Shown here: positions 31,940-43,889 of the stretch, piece after piece
Numbering within the stretch: position 1 is the stretch's first letter
Layout: each line of letters opens with the position of its first letter
Origin: an uncultured Candidatus Poseidoniales archaeon
GTDB taxonomy: Archaea > Thermoplasmatota > Poseidoniia > Poseidoniales > Poseidoniaceae
Length of the DNA stretch: 64,000 bases
Reading direction: 5' to 3'
Assembly (NCBI GenBank): GCA_905182185.1
Contig: CAJJAP010000004.1
Span: 72,178-136,177, forward strand
Made by a program: the position numbers and the translations under genes
The notes under the pieces: generated by a model
What the model was told of the DNA's origin: nothing
Databases searched by the model: none
Seen by the model: the letters and a program-made list of their open reading frames with translations, nothing else

Positions 31940-33337
31940 TTAGTTGAATACTTTTTCAAGTTCTATTGCCATGGCTTTCAATGCATCATCACTTGCTTGA
32001 TCTACATCATCTACTACTTCATCCAATAGTAATTCGAATGGAATTTGCCCACCTGCAAGGGCCTTGTGACCTCCTGCTAATCCATCAGGCCATCTTTCGG
32101 CCAATAAACGGCCGATGTGGATGTCCGGGTTGCTAGTTCTTGCTGAAAGAATGATTCTACCACGCCTTGGACCGAAGACGATGACATTGTCAACATCTGC
32201 AGTCGGTAGTAAAAAATCTGCGATTTGAGCTAATGCATCGCGATTTGGCATTTGCCTAATTGGCGCTAAGAGAGTCTTACCGACTAGAATTCGATTATTG
32301 AGCCCTTCACTGAATGATTCGAGTGTTTGTTGTGAACGAGGTGGAGCTTCTATAGAACGGAGTAAGTCTGAATCGACCCATGCATTCAACCATGATAATG
32401 CCCTAATATCAACCGCATTGAAGTCTCTTGTAAAACCCAAAGTATCGGTTCTGATCCCAAATGCTAATGCGGTTGCAACTCTAGTATTCATTGGGAAATT
32501 AATACTCATTAACAAACTAGCAACCAGTGAGGATGTTGCGGAAAACTCAGGCCGAACCATTGTGATGTCGGCAGCGACACTAGTTTCAACACTGTGATGA
32601 TCAATAATTATATGAGGCACACAATCCTCTGGTAGAATGTTATTTGCCCCTGGTCTATGGAAATCAACAGTGATAATCACATCACTCTCCCTTAGAACAT
32701 CCGCCACCTCCCAATCTAGAATTAAGCGGCGTACTGGAATGTCAAGCAGATGAACCATCGCTCTGTTTTGTTGGTGTTCAATCAATCCACCGTGGTATAA
32801 TTTAGCATTAAGACCCATAGTATTGACAAATTCATGGATTGCAAGACCTGCTGCAAGGGCATCGGGGTCGGGATTGTCGTGGCAAAATATTGCAACCTTA
32901 GACCCACTAGGAACGCTTGAAAGATAATGCTGCACTACTGTTGAACCATCTTTTCTATCCCATGCCCGAATCCTATCTTGTATTGCTGCAAATGAAACAT
33001 CATCGATACTAACTAAATCAATTCCATCTCCTTGAAGCGGTAAAGTGGTTAATATCGGAACATTTGGCCACATTGTATTCAGTGCTTGAATCGGATTTGA
33101 ATCTTCCAAAGCACTCGGATCAAGTAATAATACTGCTGTTGGACTTCTATCTCCAAGTGGTAGTGAATTCAATGAAACTGCATGCGGCAATGCCATTACT
33201 TCAACATTTTTAAGTTCGTCTTGCTGCTGAATTGGCAATTTTTCACTCAAACCAACGATGATGCAACTTCTACTGCTCTGGCACCAAGTAGCCAAGCGAA
33301 TTGCGAGGTTTCCGGAGCCGATTATTAAGAACATCAA
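31940..33337 (-). CDS. DHH-family phosphoesterase with N-terminal TrkA-N-like domain
   Basis: IIGSGNLA, HDNPDPDA, IDHH, GIRTDT, AGGHKALAGG. Confidence 0.88.
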   Translation of the reverse strand: MMFLIIGSGNLAIRLATWCQSSRSCIIVGLSEKLPIQQQDELKNVEVMALPHAVSLNSLPLGDRSPTAVLLLDPSALEDSNPIQALNTMWPNVPILTTLPLQGDGIDLVSIDDVSFAAIQDRIRAWDRKDGSTVVQHYLSSVPSGSKVAIFCHDNPDPDALAAGLAIHEFVNTMGLNAKLYHGGLIEHQQNRAMVHLLDIPVRRLILDWEVADVLRESDVIITVDFHRPGANNILPEDCVPHIIIDHHSVETSVAADITMVRPEFSATSSLVASLLMSINFPMNTRVATALAFGIRTDTLGFTRDFNAVDIRALSWLNAWVDSDLLRSIEAPPRSQQTLESFSEGLNNRILVGKTLLAPIRQMPNRDALAQIADFLLPTADVDNVIVFGPRRGRIILSARTSNPDIHIGRLLAERWPDGLAGGHKALAGGQIPFELLLDEVVDDVDQASDDALKAMAIELEKVFN

Positions 33338-33549
33338 ATCCCTCCGATTTTACAATTAATGCCAATGGTGTTTGAATGTTATGCAATCTTCGCATTTTCA
33401 ATAACAGGATTTAAGTCCGTGTTTTAGACAAATCGTCTCCCCTCTTTGAACTATCCCCTGTATCATATAGGAAATAACAATGACCACGTGAATTGAAAGT
33501 ATTCCATCTATGCGTTAGTATCATGTGCAATTGTCATCCCCGCAACATT

Positions 33550-35001
33550 ATGGGACTACATCAATCACCTGCGGTATTGTTTACTCTACTCATGATAAGT
33601 GCCACATTATCAGGATGCTTTGGAAATGAAGAAGTTGAGAACGTAGTAGAAATTGATAATCCTCTAGATGGATTATTCACATCTACATCATGGTATCATT
33701 ACCCTGGAGCTGTAAATGCTAGTAATGATACAATAGGATATGACAACCTAACTGGAAACTCAACTCCATACCCTGCTAGTGGAACCTATTACGGAATAGG
33801 AGATACTACTTTTGAACCTACAATTGGAGTTACATCAACCGGCGGAATCCATTACGCATCTTTTGGCGGAGCCGGTAGAGGAAGCATGGTCTATACCTCG
33901 ATGGACCAAGGTCAAACATGGACTAATATGGGTCCATTCAATCCAGTATTACCAGATATAGGGCAAGTTCCTTCATCTAATGACCCTTACATCTATGTCG
34001 ATAAGTGGACTGACCGAATTGTAAAATTTGACATGCATGCTCTAACCGCTATGTTCGTTGAATATTCTGATGACGATGGACAAACATGGTCTATTCCATT
34101 CACAGCAGAAGGATACTATACTCCACAAGACCACCAATCAATTGCTTCAATGCCAGATGTTGAAGGGAATGCGCTGTATGATACAATATTTGTTTTCTGT
34201 ATTAATACCGGCAGTTCTGCAGCAGGACCTCAATGTTCCCGTTCTCTAAATGGAGGACTTACATGGGATATTCAGAGACCAGGATACCCTACCGACACTG
34301 CACAATGTTCCGGATTACATGGTCACCTAGCTGGATCTGCTGATGGTGCAATATATCGAGGAAACCCTTCATGCGATGGACCTGCAGTCTATCGCAGTTT
34401 AGATGGTGGAACAATATGGACTGAACATACTATTACCACTACAGTTCCAATGCAAGAAGGTTGGCATAGTCATGAAGTTGCCGTAGCAGCAGATGATGCC
34501 GGCAATCTATTCGCTTCATGGATTAGCATTGATGATATGCCTTGGATGGCATATTCTCGTGACCAAGGAGACACATGGTCGGAACCGATGATGGTGGCAC
34601 CACCAGGAGTTAATGAAACAGGATTCCCTACTATTTTTGCTGGCGCAGAAGGTAGAGTCCTCGTCGGATATATCGGCGAAGGTGATGACAATGGTGGCTG
34701 GAGCGGTTACATGTCGGTTATGACCGATGCATTCGCAGAAAATCCATTGATTACAACTGTTGCAGTCAATTCACCTGATGACCCACTAGACATTACCGAT
34801 GATTGTGGAAATGTACGCTGTGGTGGATTTGGAGATTTCATCGACGTTGAATTTGATGATGAAGGAAGACCATGGATCGCATTAGCACATAATACAAATG
34901 GAGAAATTGGAATAGTTGGAACATTCATTACTGGACCAGCACTATTTGGAGAATTGAGGCAATTGCCTGAACTCTCACCTGGTGGACCAAGTACTCTTTG
35001 A
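33550..35001 (+). CDS. Secreted lipoprotein with BNR/Asp-box repeats (sialidase-like propeller)
   Basis: LSGC lipobox; five S-x-D/N-x-G-x-x-W boxes (SMDQGQTW, SDDDGQTW, SLNGGLTW, SLDGGTIW, SRDQGDTW). Confidence 0.85.
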   Translation: MGLHQSPAVLFTLLMISATLSGCFGNEEVENVVEIDNPLDGLFTSTSWYHYPGAVNASNDTIGYDNLTGNSTPYPASGTYYGIGDTTFEPTIGVTSTGGIHYASFGGAGRGSMVYTSMDQGQTWTNMGPFNPVLPDIGQVPSSNDPYIYVDKWTDRIVKFDMHALTAMFVEYSDDDGQTWSIPFTAEGYYTPQDHQSIASMPDVEGNALYDTIFVFCINTGSSAAGPQCSRSLNGGLTWDIQRPGYPTDTAQCSGLHGHLAGSADGAIYRGNPSCDGPAVYRSLDGGTIWTEHTITTTVPMQEGWHSHEVAVAADDAGNLFASWISIDDMPWMAYSRDQGDTWSEPMMVAPPGVNETGFPTIFAGAEGRVLVGYIGEGDDNGGWSGYMSVMTDAFAENPLITTVAVNSPDDPLDITDDCGNVRCGGFGDFIDVEFDDEGRPWIALAHNTNGEIGIVGTFITGPALFGELRQLPELSPGGPSTL

Positions 35002-35010
35002 AGCATTACT

Positions 35011-35286
35011 TCAACGTGAACCAATTACAAAGATGAAATTTAACAACGCTTGGAAAAAGAGAAACCATCCCAATAGCATCCCAACTAGTGGAGCGAGTGG
35101 AGGGTCTTCGCCAAATACCGTAGTGTAGAATATGATACAAGCGGCAAACCCTGCAACGAAAAATACTCTGTAAAGAATCTGTGCGCCTATTCTTTTTCCC
35201 AATGAAAGTTGCTTCCATCCCTCAAAACCAAACCATAGCCAAATTAAATTTAGCATACCGGCATCGTTGTTATTGTCATCATCCAT
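35011..35286 (-). CDS. Small hypothetical membrane protein
   Basis: Two hydrophobic helices in 91 aa. Confidence 0.6.
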   Translation of the reverse strand: MDDDNNNDAGMLNLIWLWFGFEGWKQLSLGKRIGAQILYRVFFVAGFAACIIFYTTVFGEDPPLAPLVGMLLGWFLFFQALLNFIFVIGSR

Positions 35287-35315
35287 AGATGAGCCAATCG
35301 AAATTACCGCATAAC

Positions 35316-36305
35316 TTAATCGGACTTTTTCTGAATATAAGTACGAACAACAACCGATGAAGGGTTCTTGGGAGCTTCACTAAATCCAAACTTACATTGC
35401 TCGGTCATTAGCATTTTTTTGCCAGCATCTTTGCCATTGATCGTTGCCTTAGCCTCTATAATTTTGGAAACTCGGTCAATCGCATACCATTCCTTGCGGT
35501 TATTCTTGGAACGACCATGAGTCCTTGTTCCCCAAAAGATTCTAGCAAATACTAATTCTACCGTTGCTATGAAAAACAGTGAACGGCTAAATGGTATTGA
35601 CCATCCTCTATTCCATTTGTATTCAAGGTTCAGTGATTCCGAACTCAAGGTCATTTCTTGGAGGCGGTGAGCAATGTTTATCTCTTCAATCAATACTTCT
35701 TCAAAAGTATACAATGATTGTACATAATCCGATATTTGGGTATTGGGGGCTATTAGAATTCTCTTTCCCTCACTTGTTGCCCACATCACATCGGTAAAAC
35801 TTCCAAATGGAGAGTCCTTCCAATCGCCGATGACAATTCTATCACCACTCTCAAAACCACAAGAAGTTATTCTTCCTGAAAATACATCCATCTTTTTGAT
35901 ATTTCTTTCTTGTCCTTTGAAAGGGGTAATCTCTCCAATCCAAGCAATTGTAAAGATTAGAATGAGTTGAATTACAAATCTAAAGATGTGGAAAACGTTA
36001 TCATATTGTGTTTCATTCAAAGGGATATCATTGTACCACATGTTGAAATTGGCCCAATATAATGCTACAAGCATCCAAGCGATACCAAAAGATGCCAAAG
36101 CCCTCGTCCGTGGAATAATCAATAAGAGTCCAAGAGAAGCCTCGAAAAAGCCACTAAGCAATACCCAGAATTTAGGTGATGGGAGAATCTCAGGTACAAT
36201 CGGTTGATACCAAGAGGGATGGATGAAATGATCAATTCCAATAGAAATGAAAGCCAAACCTAAGCCGAAGCCGAGGATTCCCCGTAGGTTGAAATTGACT
36301 TTCAT
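35316..36305 (-). CDS. DoxX-like membrane domain fused to a soluble C-terminal domain
   Basis: GIDHF-P-Y-PIVP, SGFFE-LGLLL-PRTR, ANFNM; C-terminal FSGRI-GFESGDRIVIGDW-SPFG-FTDVM. Confidence 0.7.
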   Translation of the reverse strand: MKVNFNLRGILGFGLGLAFISIGIDHFIHPSWYQPIVPEILPSPKFWVLLSGFFEASLGLLLIIPRTRALASFGIAWMLVALYWANFNMWYNDIPLNETQYDNVFHIFRFVIQLILIFTIAWIGEITPFKGQERNIKKMDVFSGRITSCGFESGDRIVIGDWKDSPFGSFTDVMWATSEGKRILIAPNTQISDYVQSLYTFEEVLIEEINIAHRLQEMTLSSESLNLEYKWNRGWSIPFSRSLFFIATVELVFARIFWGTRTHGRSKNNRKEWYAIDRVSKIIEAKATINGKDAGKKMLMTEQCKFGFSEAPKNPSSVVVRTYIQKKSD

Positions 36306-36500
36306 AAGTTGCCGTAATCCACTTTAGACATAAAGTAATGTTAATTGGCAGGGAGATTAATTCACTGTAGTAAGTAATAACTAACCAACAAACCGTTTTA
36401 GCCGCATACGAACAAAGAGGACCTCTTGCAGATAGGAGGAAATATCACTATTTCAGGTGTCCGGGCGATTGGCTAAATACTAGCAAAATGAGGATAAGAT

Positions 36501-36941
36501 ATGTCCAAAGAAGTTGACCCACATAGTCAGCCAGAATCTCTCTTTGTTGGCCATGTTTCTGAAACTGTTTCTCAAATACAAAACGAGAGCCCAATAATTT
36601 CACAACAACAAATAGAACCCATTAATCTAAAATATAGTCCTGAAGTTAATCTACGAACTTATTCTTATTTTGCGATTGTAATCGGACTTATAGCATGTAT
36701 TGCATCATGGTGGATTGGTTCTTGGCCCGAATTTATTTGTGGAAATACATTGTGCTTTTTTTCCTTTGCAATAGCCTTATTCATGGATGCTTCGTACTCC
36801 AAAGGTAAATCTGATTGGGAATTGTCAGTAGGTCGATCAAATTTGAAATCAACTATTGGAATGATTTTCTGTATAATCCTTGGAATGGTTTTTACTGTAA
36901 TTGTAGTATTTGTGCTTTATTTCATGACTGAATTTGGTTAA
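36501..36941 (+). CDS. Hypothetical membrane protein (3 TM)
   Basis: Polar N-terminus and three hydrophobic segments. Confidence 0.6.
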   Translation: MSKEVDPHSQPESLFVGHVSETVSQIQNESPIISQQQIEPINLKYSPEVNLRTYSYFAIVIGLIACIASWWIGSWPEFICGNTLCFFSFAIALFMDASYSKGKSDWELSVGRSNLKSTIGMIFCIILGMVFTVIVVFVLYFMTEFG

Positions 36942-37020
36942 CTGCTTAACATCGGTTTACAAGTGTATATGCTCAACATTAACACCCAGATATGATGCTT
37001 TTAAGCATTTTAATGATTAA

Positions 37021-37398
37021 TCAGTCGATTCTGAGAATGATTGGTTCAAAATTTTCTTTTCTAAAATCCCGTACTAGATTTTCCAAACATTCCGAATCTC
37101 CAGATCCAGATTGGTGAACAACTATCACTACTTTGTTAGAATTCAATGTATCTTCATCTAATTTGGCGAATTCAAGTAATGGTTTGAGGCCCCCGGATTC
37201 ATATATTGGACTGCTCTTAATTTTTACAGGCAATCCTTTTCCTCCCTGCATCCAGTGTGCTGCAGGGTGGTATCGGATACTAAAACTACCATCTCCAAGA
37301 TTAGATAACATGTCAAAAACTACAGTAAACTGCATAACATCTCCTGTAAGTTCGATGTATTGAATGTATTCATCTGAACCAACAACAAATTGATTCAT
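37021..37398 (-). CDS. Hypothetical protein
   Basis: 125-aa ORF filling the gap between genes; no recognised motif. Confidence 0.5.
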   Translation of the reverse strand: MNQFVVGSDEYIQYIELTGDVMQFTVVFDMLSNLGDGSFSIRYHPAAHWMQGGKGLPVKIKSSPIYESGGLKPLLEFAKLDEDTLNSNKVVIVVHQSGSGDSECLENLVRDFRKENFEPIILRID

Positions 37399-37465
37399 AG
37401 AGTTCTGTTCTCAAAGGGGAACTGCTAAGAACAAAATCAATACACCGGCAAATGAGGCAATCGTC

Positions 37466-38227
37466 ATGAAACTTCGAATTCATCAATTTCTTTCAAAATG
37501 TGGCGAGTTTTCATCAAAAGGAGATGTCAAACAAGCCATTTGGAGTGGTGATATCACAGTCAATGATTCCATTGTGAAGCACATTGCCTATGAATTCAAT
37601 CCTGCAAAACGTACTGTAAAGTACCGTGGAAAGGAATTGTTTCTCCCTTCTAATGATGTTTATTTCCTCCTCAACAAACCTTCAGGGTGTATTTGCTCTC
37701 GCCTCAATTCACAAGAACTCGAACATCGCAAAGCCTCTGTCTATGAGATTTTCCGCGACGAAGTAGAGCCATCTATCTACGAATCACTGATCACTGTAGG
37801 CAGACTTGATGAAGAAACAACTGGCTTGCTTTTGGTTACTACTGATGGAAAATTAGTCCATTCAGTAACCGAACCTGATAAGAAAATTAAGAAAACTTAT
37901 CGAGTGGAGACTGAGGAAGAGATTACTGAAGCTCAACTTGAATCAATTCGCCAAGGTGTTGATGTGTCCGTCACCGAATACGGTTCATTAGAAGAGTTTC
38001 AAACTCGACCTGCGACTATTGAGTTAGAACATGCAACAAGTGCTGTTTTGACTATAGATGAGGGGAAGAAAAGGCAAATCAGGAGAATGTTCACGACTCT
38101 TGGAAACCATGTTACCCACTTACACCGATTATCAACCGAGAAAATGGTGTTGAAAGACTACAACCTTGAACCAGGCCAGTTTTGTACAATCACACGTGAA
38201 GAAATAGACCGAACATTGTTCTCTTGA
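37466..38227 (+). CDS. RsuA/RluE-family pseudouridine synthase (S4 + catalytic domain)
   Basis: LRIHQFLS, LLNKPSG, VGRLDEETTGLLLVTTDG, KTYRV, EGKKRQIRRMF, LHRL. Confidence 0.92.
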   Translation: MKLRIHQFLSKCGEFSSKGDVKQAIWSGDITVNDSIVKHIAYEFNPAKRTVKYRGKELFLPSNDVYFLLNKPSGCICSRLNSQELEHRKASVYEIFRDEVEPSIYESLITVGRLDEETTGLLLVTTDGKLVHSVTEPDKKIKKTYRVETEEEITEAQLESIRQGVDVSVTEYGSLEEFQTRPATIELEHATSAVLTIDEGKKRQIRRMFTTLGNHVTHLHRLSTEKMVLKDYNLEPGQFCTITREEIDRTLFS

Positions 38228-38281
38228 TTTGCAACATGATGGTTGAGTCAATCATGCTCAAAGATGGTTAAGACGTGGTGA

Positions 38282-39502
38282 TCAAAGAGACTCGATAACC
38301 ATGGCAATTCCTTGCCCGCCACCGATACATGCTGTAGCGACACCATATCTGCCACCACTGCGTTGTAATTCATATGCAAGAGTAAGTGCAAGACGAGTTC
38401 CTGTTGCTGCTAATGGATGGCCAAGGCCAACTGCACCACCGTTTACATTGACTTTACTAACATCGATTCCTAAGTCTTTGATACAGGCCACTGCTTGACC
38501 TGCAAAAGCCTCGTTAATCTCCCAGCGGTCAATATCATCAACACTCAATCCAGCCTTTTTAAGAGCCTTACGAGATGAAGGAACTGGCCCATATGCCATT
38601 ATTGCTGGTTCTAGGCCAACGATTCCCCAAGAAACAATACGGGCCAGTGGTGAATCGCCATCCGCTTTAGCCTGAGTTGCTGATTTGATTACAACCGCTG
38701 CTGCACCATCAACAATCCCTGAAGCATTACCTGCTGTTACAAAGGATTCAGGGCCAAATGCCGTAGGCAACTTAGCCAGTGACTCACTAGTACAACCAGA
38801 AACAACGTGATCTTCGTCTTTGTGAGTAATTACTGTATCTCCTCTTCTCGACTTAATAGTAACCGTAACTATTTCTTTCTCAAACAAACCTTCATCAATT
38901 GATTTTGTAGTTCGGGCATGAGAGAGTGCTGCATATTCATCAATTTCCTCTCTTGTTACACCTTTTCTATTACAAATTTCATCAGATGTTTGAGCCATAT
39001 ACATTCCACAAGTCAAATCTTGTAAGTTTGTCATCATATAATCTTCAACAGGGGGTGAGCGACCTAATTTCCATCCATCTCTTGCACCACGAAGTACATG
39101 AGGTGCTTGGGATAAGTTTTCCATTCCACCAGCAACAACTGTATTAGCATCTCCAAGCATTATCATTTGTGCGCCTGTGATTATTGATTGAACTCCTGAA
39201 CCACAGATTCGTGATAGAGTTAACATCGGAACTTCTTGAGGTATTCCGCCTTGCAAACCTGCATGACGTGAACCATAAATCGACTGAGCGCAGGTTTGTA
39301 GGGCATATCCCATTACCACATGGTCAACACTTGCTGGGTCGGTTCCAGTCTTTTCTAAAGCACCAGCAATAGCGATTCCACCGAGTTGTTGTGCGCTGAG
39401 ACTCTTCAGTAAGCCCCCTGGCTTACCATCGCCTCTCTTTCCTCCAACCCATTCGCAGAAGGGAGTGCGAGCCCCGCCGATAATTACAACATCTTCACTC
39501 AT
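38282..39502 (-). CDS. Acetyl-CoA acyltransferase (thiolase)
   Basis: ARTPF, RICGSG, TAGNASGIVDGAAA, EINEAFA, GHPLAATG, CIGGGQG. Confidence 0.96.
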   Translation of the reverse strand: MSEDVVIIGGARTPFCEWVGGKRGDGKPGGLLKSLSAQQLGGIAIAGALEKTGTDPASVDHVVMGYALQTCAQSIYGSRHAGLQGGIPQEVPMLTLSRICGSGVQSIITGAQMIMLGDANTVVAGGMENLSQAPHVLRGARDGWKLGRSPPVEDYMMTNLQDLTCGMYMAQTSDEICNRKGVTREEIDEYAALSHARTTKSIDEGLFEKEIVTVTIKSRRGDTVITHKDEDHVVSGCTSESLAKLPTAFGPESFVTAGNASGIVDGAAAVVIKSATQAKADGDSPLARIVSWGIVGLEPAIMAYGPVPSSRKALKKAGLSVDDIDRWEINEAFAGQAVACIKDLGIDVSKVNVNGGAVGLGHPLAATGTRLALTLAYELQRSGGRYGVATACIGGGQGIAMVIESL

Positions 39503-39580
39503 TAAACTGGCCGAGAAGGGGTTAGGTCAAAAACTCAACCTATGACAATAATACTCACTAAGGGTCTATGAGTTTGGAAT

Positions 39581-40024
39581 TCACTGTTTGTCACTTTCTC
39601 TACCTGGAAAGTTTTCTGGCTTTGATTGCCAAATCATCCAAGTTCCAGTTGCAGTTGCGATTAATCTTCCAGACTGTGTTCTAATTTCACCAGAAAGGTG
39701 AGCGACATTTCTTCCTCTGCGCGTAACAGAGCCTACTGCTTCCAATCTCTCACCGACTCTTCCAGCGTCAATAAATGAAACATTTAGTTGAGTCGTAGCA
39801 CACCATTCTTCCTTTAACAAACCCGAAACTAATGCACCACCGCAAGCCATATCCAGCATTATTGTAAATAGCCCACCATGTGCAACTCCACCTTTGTTAC
39901 AATGGAATTCTTCAACATTGACAAAGACACTACAGTGACCCGGAGACCATTGACCTCTTTCAATAGATAATGATTTTGCCATACCCGATAAATTCGGAGC
40001 TTGTGAGAAAATATCTTCTGCCAT
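39581..40024 (-). CDS. PaaI-family hotdog thioesterase
   Basis: HCNKGGVAHGG-MLDMACG, TTQLNVSF, RRGRNVA. Confidence 0.9.
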   Translation of the reverse strand: MAEDIFSQAPNLSGMAKSLSIERGQWSPGHCSVFVNVEEFHCNKGGVAHGGLFTIMLDMACGGALVSGLLKEEWCATTQLNVSFIDAGRVGERLEAVGSVTRRGRNVAHLSGEIRTQSGRLIATATGTWMIWQSKPENFPGRESDKQ

Positions 40025-40056
40025 AACTACACCTCAACAAGTGATTCAATTTCAAC

Positions 40057-40524
40057 TCACTGGGCAATAATACCTACAACTTTGACCAGTATTCTTTTAT
40101 TGCGCATTCCATCGAACTCTGCATAATGGATTTGTTCCCAAGTTCCTAAGTGTAATTGACCATTTTTTACCGCCATTGTGACTTGTTGACCGAGAAGTTG
40201 CCGCTTTAGATGGGCATCGCCATTATCTTCTCCAGTCTGATGATGATGGTATTCTTCTCCTGTTTTGCCGTCTGCCCCATAAAATGGTGCCAATTTCCCT
40301 AACCAATTCATAATGTCATGATGTAAGCCAGATTCAAGATCATTAACATAACACGATGCTGTAATATGCATTGGATTGACCAATACGATACCATCACTGA
40401 TTCCAGATTGTTTTATGACATTCTGCACATCTTGAGTGATGCACATTATCTCATATCTTTTGTCTGTATTTATCCATAATTCTTCAACATACGTCGCTGC
40501 AGTCCCTGTTACTAAAGTTCCCAT
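40057..40524 (-). CDS. yjbQ: YjbQ/UPF0047 family protein
   Basis: HITAS-VND-E, HH-TGEDNGDAHLK, LGTWEQI-EFDG. Confidence 0.9.
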   Translation of the reverse strand: MGTLVTGTAATYVEELWINTDKRYEIMCITQDVQNVIKQSGISDGIVLVNPMHITASCYVNDLESGLHHDIMNWLGKLAPFYGADGKTGEEYHHHQTGEDNGDAHLKRQLLGQQVTMAVKNGQLHLGTWEQIHYAEFDGMRNKRILVKVVGIIAQ

Positions 40525-40576
40525 ATTAATGAAAAATCAGCGACGACTGATGGTATTTTCCATCTTTCATCTATGA

Positions 40577-41257
40577 TTATGAGAATAAACTTGAATCGTC
40601 TAATCCACCATTGGCTGACATAAGTGGTATCGCAACAATCAATCCGCATATTCCATAACAGACTGCTGAAACTGCAATCATAATACCACCAAGTATTGCC
40701 CCACCAAATCCTTGAGTGGCATCGTAGTCTTCCTGTGTCATGTTGCCATTATCAATCTCTTCTAGCATGATATCGCCCATAATAAAAGACGATGCTGATG
40801 CAGCGATAAAACCAACTAAGACAGTTATTAGAACTAATTGAACCCCTCTTCTTTCGTAATTTGTCATCCAATAGCCACCCAAAACAGAAGCGGCGCTTCC
40901 CGCTAAACCAAGAATTGCAATTATAAGTGGAATCACTACTGAGGAATATGACAGGGAACCAACAATATCCATTAGCCCAGACATTACTCCGAAGCAGCCT
41001 GAAATAATTATCAATACTCCAATGACTTTAGCAGCACCTGATGGTTGTTGCACCATTATTACTTGACCAGGAATTATGCCTGGGTGGCCGAGGACTGAAG
41101 GTACTGCACTTACATTCCCCATCATTACTGCTTCAGGAGAATAGTGATTATTAATCACATCGCCTGTGTGTATATCACCACCTACGACACTATCCTGAAT
41201 TGCTGATTCAGGTTGTTTGTGGTCCGGTTGTTGTCCTCCCCATGGGTCTGGCTGCAT
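40577..41257 (-). CDS. Hypothetical membrane protein
   Basis: Low-complexity N-terminus (IQDSVVGGDIHTGDV) followed by about four TM helices. Confidence 0.65.
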   Translation of the reverse strand: MQPDPWGGQQPDHKQPESAIQDSVVGGDIHTGDVINNHYSPEAVMMGNVSAVPSVLGHPGIIPGQVIMVQQPSGAAKVIGVLIIISGCFGVMSGLMDIVGSLSYSSVVIPLIIAILGLAGSAASVLGGYWMTNYERRGVQLVLITVLVGFIAASASSFIMGDIMLEEIDNGNMTQEDYDATQGFGGAILGGIMIAVSAVCYGICGLIVAIPLMSANGGLDDSSLFS

Positions 41258-41378
41258 GTTACTATGTAGGGTGATTAGGTCTTTTAATACTCGTACATTA
41301 TTATGGCATAGGACTGGAATTTCCATTGGTGGTGTTGAAGAAGGAGTGCCTCTTGGATTGTAATGAGGGAGTAATGTT

Positions 41379-42263
41379 ATGGTTGACATCTTAGTTGTTT
41401 ACAAGAAGAACTTTGAAGCAGTTCATGATGAAAGCCTCAACCAAATTAGCAGTATTCTTGATGAGATCGGACTTGAGAGAGGCCTGAGAGTGGACATACG
41501 AGCAAGAGAAAGAGTTCGTCGTGCTGATTTTATTGGACGTGATCTGGTGATTGTACTTGGAGGAGATGGAACATTAACCAGTATATCTCACAACATTGAC
41601 GCAAATACTCCGGTAATGGGAGTTAATTCTCATCCAAAAGATGAGGATGAGGATGGAAGTTTTGGTTTTTATATGGATTCTAACATCCACACATTTGCAG
41701 AAGATATTCAATCAGCACTAGATGGGACAGCGATTGAAAATGATTTACCACGCTTACAGGCAATCATCGACACTACATCTGGTAACCGCTTTACAACTGA
41801 CCCTGCAATGAATGATTTACTAATTGCAAATACACATCAATATGCTCCAAGCAGGTATCACTTGCGAAGAGGAGAGGATAAATTGGTCCAGCATAGTAGT
41901 GGATTAATATTTTCTACTTGGCTTGGAAAAGGTGCATGGCTAAGTCATGCTGCAAATGAGCAGCAATACAATCAAATATCCGACTCTATAGAATCTAATG
42001 AAACAGATTCTCATTATTTTATGCTAGCAAGAGACATACCGCATTCGCAAAGAAAGGACAATCCTTGGGCATCTTTAGCTTGGACCTCTGAAACGACCAC
42101 ATTAACATCTGATATGCATAGGGGAATGATTGTCCCTGATGGATGGGATGAAGTCCATTTCAATAGAGGTGCTACGATTACAGTTAATTTAGAAGCACCG
42201 AGAATTAGATTGTTAACATTTAGGCAATCGATGAGTCAACGTCTTCACAACTTGAGCAAATAG
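41379..42263 (+). CDS. NAD(H) kinase-like protein
   Basis: LGGDGT, MGVNS, MNDLLI, SSGLIFST. Confidence 0.8.
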   Translation: MVDILVVYKKNFEAVHDESLNQISSILDEIGLERGLRVDIRARERVRRADFIGRDLVIVLGGDGTLTSISHNIDANTPVMGVNSHPKDEDEDGSFGFYMDSNIHTFAEDIQSALDGTAIENDLPRLQAIIDTTSGNRFTTDPAMNDLLIANTHQYAPSRYHLRRGEDKLVQHSSGLIFSTWLGKGAWLSHAANEQQYNQISDSIESNETDSHYFMLARDIPHSQRKDNPWASLAWTSETTTLTSDMHRGMIVPDGWDEVHFNRGATITVNLEAPRIRLLTFRQSMSQRLHNLSK

Positions 42264-42376
42264 GATAGTTACGGCAACCTGGGCTGATGATCAGCCTATA
42301 CCAATTATACAATTGCAATAATTCAAGTTAAATCCATTTGGTTACTTAATGTAAAAAGTAAACCTTGGCATCGATT

Positions 42377-42414
42377 AAAAAAGGGTGGAAACGGGGGCCG
42401 AAGCCCCCGTTTCC
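42377..42414 (-). terminator. Intrinsic terminator-like hairpin after the 16S rRNA
   Basis: Minus strand GGAAACGGGGGC-TTCG-GCCCCCGTTTCC (12-bp stem, cUUCGg loop) then ACCC TTTTTT. Confidence 0.8.
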
Positions 42415-42423
42415 GGGTTTCTT

Positions 42424-43889
<1,466 letters not shown>

